From contig RQZE01000008.1 of assembly GCA_003858585.1 (NCBI GenBank), forward strand, positions 45,544 through 77,543: a stretch of 32,000 bases of DNA, read 5' to 3'. The number at the start of each line of letters is the position of its first letter. The stretch's first letter is position 1. Under the pieces are notes generated by a model. That model saw nothing but the letters and a program-made list of their open reading frames with translations, searched no databases and had not been told where the DNA came from. Made by a program: the position numbers and the translations under genes. The DNA comes from Erysipelotrichaceae bacterium OH741_COT-311 (GTDB lineage: Bacteria > Bacillota_I > Bacilli_A > Erysipelotrichales > Erysipelotrichaceae). This document shows, one piece after another, positions 27,669 through 32,000 of this stretch.

Positions 27669-28252
27669 CTGTTTTCATAAGGTAACAGCTCATCTACAAC
27701 ACCTTTTAGTAAAGGGTGATAGTCGTATATGAATTTTTCTATTTGATTAAATTTAATGACATTCCTTATATCTGTTTTCAGCCTTGTTCGATTGGCAAAA
27801 ACAACCACCGAAACCAATGAGTCATGATCAACACCTGTAAAGGCTGAAATAGTCTTTGTATGTGCATAGTTTTGACGTAGTGGATTTTGAAAGCGATACT
27901 TTTGTTTACCAAGATAATGTGTCCATTGACTACTAAACGATGTGCCATACACACTTCCTGCATAGTTTTTAATTTCTGCAACAAACGTACTTCCGTTAAA
28001 TTCAAACACACAATCTATTTCAATTTCTTTTTCATCATTTTCCAACACTACATTCATTACAATATCTTCAACCCCCATAGCAACTAATTGATTATAAAAA
28101 TGAATTTCGGCACGTTTTCCTTTGTTTAAAAAGTAGATATAAAATGGTGTTTGATATCTAATATAATAAGGAGTTTTATGATAATTTAATCTCTGAAACC
28201 AAAAAAATGCAAAAACAAATAAAATAATGAGTAACATAATAATCCCCTTCAC
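27653..28252 (-). CDS. Membrane-anchored NERD-domain (nuclease-related, PD-(D/E)xK-like) protein
   Basis: 199 aa with an N-terminal TM helix (IIMLLIILFVFAFFWF). NERD-like core GKRAE...EIDCVFEFNGSTFVAEIKNYAGSVYG...W...QNPLRQNYAH. Starts at GTG 28252 (RBS gagga) or ATG 28237. Confidence 0.8.
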   Translation of the reverse strand: MKGIIMLLIILFVFAFFWFQRLNYHKTPYYIRYQTPFYIYFLNKGKRAEIHFYNQLVAMGVEDIVMNVVLENDEKEIEIDCVFEFNGSTFVAEIKNYAGSVYGTSFSSQWTHYLGKQKYRFQNPLRQNYAHTKTISAFTGVDHDSLVSVVVFANRTRLKTDIRNVIKFNQIEKFIYDYHPLLKGVVDELLPYENRKKFS

Positions 28253-28334
28253 ATTCCATCCTCAATAAGACTATTATATAATAAAACTAAAGAAGGCAAT
28301 AAAGGATTTTAAAACCCTTTTAGAAAGGTCATCT

Positions 28335-29249
28335 ATGAAAACACTCTTAATTGGAAATGGATTAAATCGTTGTCTAAATACAAACATAGACTGGGGAAAC
28401 CTTTTAAACAGCATGAAAGAACACTATCATCTAAAAGATAAAATACATCCTGACATCAGTTTTCCTATGCAGTTTGAATGCATTGCCAATCATGTAAGTA
28501 AGCAAAAACACCACAAAAACGTATATACTCTTCTTAAAGAAGAAATCGCATCTAAGGTAAAGGAAATCAAAGCCATAGATGATAAGGAAATGGTACCACA
28601 TAGTTACTTTTTAAAAGACAAACGATATAAACGCATTCTAACAACCAACTACGACTATGTAATAGAAGACTACTTAAAACATACCTACAACCTTGCTGAT
28701 GAAGACCTTACATCCAATCAAAAAGAAATTAAGTATAGTTTAAGACGTTATCGTAAACTTCAAGATACTTACATCTTTCATATTCATGGAGAAGCCGATA
28801 AACCTGAAACCTTATGTTTGGGCTATGAACATTATGCAGGCACTATTCAATATCTACGTGGTAAACTTGCGTTGAAGGAAACATCACCACTATTGCATGT
28901 TTTAAAAAATAAACAAGTTACTCCAGACATCATTGAAACTTATTCTTGGGCAATTTTATTCTTGATTGATGATATTGAGATTATAGGATTAGGACTGGAT
29001 GAATCCGAGATTGATTTATGGTGGCTGATTAGTTATCGTGCTTATTTAAAGAATATGCATCCAGAAGCTTCTAGGTATATTCATAACACCATTACTTATC
29101 ATGAAATAATTAGTGAACATAGTGATTTACAATATATTAAAAAACGTAAAAGTCTGTTTGACAGTATGGACATTCAATACACAATGCATGAAGTAAAACA
29201 TTCTAATTATCTAGAAGGCTACTACGACATTGCAAAGACAATCGAATAA
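28335..29249 (+). CDS. AbiH-like / SIR2_2-like (DHS-like NAD-binding fold) protein
   Basis: 304 aa with an N-terminal Gly loop LLIGNGLNR, then ILTTNYD (N105), IFHIHGE (H151) and IIGLGLDESEIDLWW. This is the ordered motif set shared by the AbiH and SIR2_2 families. It has no SLOG, TIR or other extra domain. Confidence 0.7.
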   Translation: MKTLLIGNGLNRCLNTNIDWGNLLNSMKEHYHLKDKIHPDISFPMQFECIANHVSKQKHHKNVYTLLKEEIASKVKEIKAIDDKEMVPHSYFLKDKRYKRILTTNYDYVIEDYLKHTYNLADEDLTSNQKEIKYSLRRYRKLQDTYIFHIHGEADKPETLCLGYEHYAGTIQYLRGKLALKETSPLLHVLKNKQVTPDIIETYSWAILFLIDDIEIIGLGLDESEIDLWWLISYRAYLKNMHPEASRYIHNTITYHEIISEHSDLQYIKKRKSLFDSMDIQYTMHEVKHSNYLEGYYDIAKTIE

Positions 29250-29315
29250 GGTAGTATATATTAAAATTAGATGCTAGAAATATGATACAGTATAGTAAAA
29301 CATTAGGGGGTTATC

Positions 29316-30590
29316 ATGCAAAAACTAAAGGTTTTCTTTCTTAAAAATATTACATGGATTTATACACTGGAATACATTGCGTTTTCGATTGTTTTATTGT
29401 TTGTAGTTTCCTTGATTGATTTGCGAATTTTACCAATCAAAGACTTTCTTCCGGATATTATTAAACTTCGTGTGGATTTTTCACAAGGAATTTTAACATC
29501 TTTAGCAGCAGCCTTTTTAACAATCACAACCTTTACCTTTTCAACCATTTTAACGGTATTAAATACCTATGCTTCCAGTTTTACACCAAGAGTAGTAGAA
29601 AACTTTATTAATCGAAAGATTACTTTAAAAGTAGTTGGTATCTTCATTGGTGGATTCTTTTATTGCATAGGATCCTTAATCTTTACACGAGAAGTGTTGC
29701 ATAATGAAGCGGTAATTTCAGGCTTTGTAGCGATTATTTATTCGATTATTTGTATTATTTATTTCATTATTTTTGTACAAGAAGTCATCACGAAGTTTCA
29801 AGGCGTGAATGTCATTTTAGATGTTGCGGATATGGCACAGAAAGTCATTGATGAAGAAGTAGCGATTCGTAAACAAAGCCAAGCCATTCAACGTAAGGAG
29901 CATTATGTAACCCATCAAATTCAAGCCAAACAATCCGGTTATTTTAGCTTAGTTGATTTGGATGCGATTTTAAGCATGATGAAAGATCAGGAAGGCTACT
30001 TAAGCATAGATTGTAAGATTGGACAATACGTTGCCAAGGGAATGGACATCGCAACAGTGTCATTAAAAGATGTTTTTGAAGAAGAACTGGAAGAAAAGAT
30101 TTTAGATACTTTTGTGTTTCAAGATCAAAAACTGGCAGCCACAGATTATCGTTATAACATTACTAAGTTACTGGAGATTGCTTTGCGTGCGATTTCTCCG
30201 GGTATCAACGACCCAAATACCGCAATTCACTGTATTAATAAATTAGGGGTTTTATTATCACCGATGGCAAGCATCGATACCTATCACATCCAAAAGGCAG
30301 AAAATAGACAATTTCGTATTTACTATAGTTCTTATGGCTTTCAAGATGATTTAGAAACCTTTTATTTACCATTAATGCAATATGGCAAAGAAGATTTACA
30401 AGTTGTAGTAGCAATCTTACAAAGTTTAACGTTATTGTATCAAAATGCAACACAAATCAATCAAAGACATATTCAAACTGTGATACAACATGTAGAAGAA
30501 AAAGTCAAACCATGTTTTACCACTTCTTTAGAGACTTCGATTCTATCACAACATCTGCAAGGTTTCAAAGATACTAGCCAAGAAGGATAA
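29316..30590 (+). CDS. DUF2254-family membrane protein
   Basis: 424 aa with four N-terminal TM helices containing ...YASSFTPRVVENF.... The soluble C-terminal domain carries the family-typical ALRAISPGINDPNTAIHCINKLG. Confidence 0.75.
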   Translation: MQKLKVFFLKNITWIYTLEYIAFSIVLLFVVSLIDLRILPIKDFLPDIIKLRVDFSQGILTSLAAAFLTITTFTFSTILTVLNTYASSFTPRVVENFINRKITLKVVGIFIGGFFYCIGSLIFTREVLHNEAVISGFVAIIYSIICIIYFIIFVQEVITKFQGVNVILDVADMAQKVIDEEVAIRKQSQAIQRKEHYVTHQIQAKQSGYFSLVDLDAILSMMKDQEGYLSIDCKIGQYVAKGMDIATVSLKDVFEEELEEKILDTFVFQDQKLAATDYRYNITKLLEIALRAISPGINDPNTAIHCINKLGVLLSPMASIDTYHIQKAENRQFRIYYSSYGFQDDLETFYLPLMQYGKEDLQVVVAILQSLTLLYQNATQINQRHIQTVIQHVEEKVKPCFTTSLETSILSQHLQGFKDTSQEG

Positions 30591-30630
30591 AATCGTATAG
30601 AATAAGGCTACAGTTACAGTAGGAGGATTT

Positions 30631-30996
30631 ATGAGTTTTATTGGAAATCTGATTTGGTTTATTTTTGGTGGAGTTTGGTTAGCGCTTGGTTGGTTTGTAG
30701 TGGGAGTATTATGGTGTATTACGATTATCGGTATTCCTGTTGGTGTACAGTGTTTTAAGTTTGCAAGATTAGCCCTTTCTCCGTTTGGAAAAGATGTCGT
30801 ATATGGATATGGAGCATTTTCATTTATTATAAACGTCTTTTGGATTATCTTTGGTGGGATTCAATTAGCCTTAGGGTTTTCTATCTTAGGCTTTCTATTG
30901 TGTTTAACAATTATTGGGATTCCATTTGGCTTACAATGCTTCAAGTTTGCAAAACTAGCACTATTTCCTTTAGGAGCTAGAATTGTTCGTATTTAA
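30631..30996 (+). CDS. yccF: YccF-family inner membrane protein (DUF307)
   Basis: 121 aa with an internal duplication of ...IIGIP(V/F)G(V/L)QCFKFA(R/K)LAL..., characteristic of YccF. Confidence 0.88.
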   Translation: MSFIGNLIWFIFGGVWLALGWFVVGVLWCITIIGIPVGVQCFKFARLALSPFGKDVVYGYGAFSFIINVFWIIFGGIQLALGFSILGFLLCLTIIGIPFGLQCFKFAKLALFPLGARIVRI

Positions 30997-31023
30997 AATC
31001 ATAAAAGTATTGTGAAACAGTGC

Positions 31024-31048
31024 AAAGGGTAGCGAAAAGCTACCCTTT
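31024..31048 (+). terminator. Terminator hairpin after yccF
   Basis: Stem aaagggtagc / gctacccttt (10 bp) with loop gaaaa. Confidence 0.65.
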
Positions 31049-31076
31049 AAAATATCGGTTTGTCTTTTATATAAAA

Positions 31077-31104
31077 AACACTTCTAAGCAGAAGTGTTTT
31101 ATTT
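31077..31104. terminator. Bidirectional terminator at the 3' end of gpmA
   Basis: Stem aacacttct / agaagtgtt (9 bp) with loop aagc, flanked by an A-run (31073-31078) and T-runs. Confidence 0.7.
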
Positions 31105-31105
31105 T

Positions 31106-31801
31106 TTATTCGTTTGTAGTTAAGATTTTTTTACTGATAATTTCTAGCTTATCTGATAATTCAAATACAATTGGTTGACCGGTTGCAATTTCTAAGTCTG
31201 TAATTACATCATCAGAGATGTTTTCTAAGTATTTGCATAATGCACGTAATGAGTTACCATGTGCAGCTACTAAAACGTTTTTACCTTGTTTTAAGCTTGG
31301 TGCAATGTGGTCTTCATAAAATGGCATTACACGTTCTAATGTAATTTCTAAGTTTTCAGTAAGAGGTACTAACTTTTCATCTAACATTGCATATCTACGA
31401 TCTGCACGGAAGGCTTTCCCTTGTTCTACATCCATTTCCGGTGGAGATACGTTGTAACTTCTACGCCATACATGTACTTGGTCTTTACCATATTTTTCAG
31501 CTGTTTCCGCTTTGTTTAAGCCTTGTAATGCACCATAGTGACGTTCATTTAATCTCCAGCTTTTTTCCATTGGAACCCATAATTGATCTGATTCTTCTAA
31601 GATGAATTGGCAAGTTTTGATTGCACGTTTTAATACAGATGTATAAGCAATATCAAATTCAATACCTGCTTCTTTGATTAATTTTCCAGCTTGTTTTGCT
31701 TCGCTAACACCTGTTTCACTTAAATCAACATCTGTCCATCCGGTAAATAGGTTTGCTAAGTTCCATTCACTTTGTCCATGTCTTACTAACACTAACTTCA
31801 T
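31106..31801 (-). CDS. gpmA: 2,3-bisphosphoglycerate-dependent phosphoglycerate mutase
   Basis: 231 aa. [29 protein letters not shown]... carries the catalytic RHG motif and ...ERHYGALQG...[10 protein letters not shown]. Confidence 0.96.
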   Translation of the reverse strand: MKLVLVRHGQSEWNLANLFTGWTDVDLSETGVSEAKQAGKLIKEAGIEFDIAYTSVLKRAIKTCQFILEESDQLWVPMEKSWRLNERHYGALQGLNKAETAEKYGKDQVHVWRRSYNVSPPEMDVEQGKAFRADRRYAMLDEKLVPLTENLEITLERVMPFYEDHIAPSLKQGKNVLVAAHGNSLRALCKYLENISDDVITDLEIATGQPIVFELSDKLEIISKKILTTNE

Positions 31802-31885
31802 TTAAATATCCTCTTTCTTTCTAATATTTATTAAAATAGCTCAAATACATTTAACCATATTTAAGTACTTTTTACAACCAAAAAG

Positions 31886-31909
31886 AAAGGACACGATGTG
31901 TCCTTTTTT
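31886..31909. terminator. Hairpin with flanking T/A runs upstream of gpmA
   Basis: Stem aaaggacac / gtgtccttt (9 bp) with loop gat. T-runs are present on both strands. Confidence 0.5.
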
Positions 31910-31915
31910 ATATAG

Positions 31916-31939
31916 AAAAACCACGCCATAGTGGCGTGG
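31916..31939 (-). terminator. Minus-strand terminator for a gene lying beyond the right window edge
   Basis: Stem ccacgcca / tggcgtgg (8 bp) with loop tag. On the minus strand it is followed by ttttt (plus-strand A-run 31916-31920). Confidence 0.55.
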
Positions 31940-32000
31940 GTAAAGATGAGCTTAAGCGATGAACAAAAAAGTCCTTCTTATGCTAAACTTTGAATAAGCC

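Noticed and set aside
27778-28087. ORFs 27778-28011(-) and 27887-28087(+) inside the NERD gene
   Set aside because: They overlap the NERD reading frame, which carries a coherent TM helix plus nuclease motif set. They have no independent support.
28335-29249. Thoeris (ThsA) interpretation of the SIR2-like gene
   Set aside because: The protein has no SLOG domain, and there is no TIR-domain (ThsB) gene anywhere in the window. At 304 aa it is too small for ThsA, DSR1 or DSR2.
29360-31605. ORFs 29360-29548(-), 30235-30453(-) and 31387-31605(+)
   Set aside because: They are antisense shadows inside the DUF2254 gene and gpmA.

Overview
This looks like a low-GC Bacillota (Firmicutes) chromosome segment centred on the replication origin. 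On the left, gyrB (partial)-recF-yaaA-dnaN-dnaA lie on the minus strand, with DnaA-box clusters on both sides of dnaA (bipartite oriC). On the right come rpmH-rnpA-yidC-jag and then housekeeping and envelope genes: a CPBP protease, a MerR regulator, lipoproteins, pth-mfd-rqcP-divIC, a CsbD-like protein and an SGNH hydrolase. From about 19.3 kb to 29.3 kb the sequence is more AT-rich (spot counts of single 60-nt lines: about 28% GC against about 37% in mfd). This stretch carries an accessory defence island with no mobility gene. The island holds a type IC-like hsdM-hsdS-hsdR operon with an abnormal HsdS of 646 aa and three target-recognition domains. HsdS has a 12-bp tandem repeat in its central conserved region and a (GCAA)4.5 microsatellite at the junction to the third TRD, where a change of one unit in either direction gives an immediate stop. 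Three further genes follow that I cannot match to any named system: a 433-aa coiled-coil/2-TM protein appended to hsdR, a small membrane-anchored NERD nuclease-like protein, and an AbiH/SIR2_2-like protein with intact NAD-pocket motifs. These three are my best candidate for an undescribed system. The window ends with a DUF2254 membrane protein, yccF and gpmA. I saw no rRNA, tRNA, CRISPR array, transposase or integrase. All family assignments come from motif recognition by eye, with no database search.
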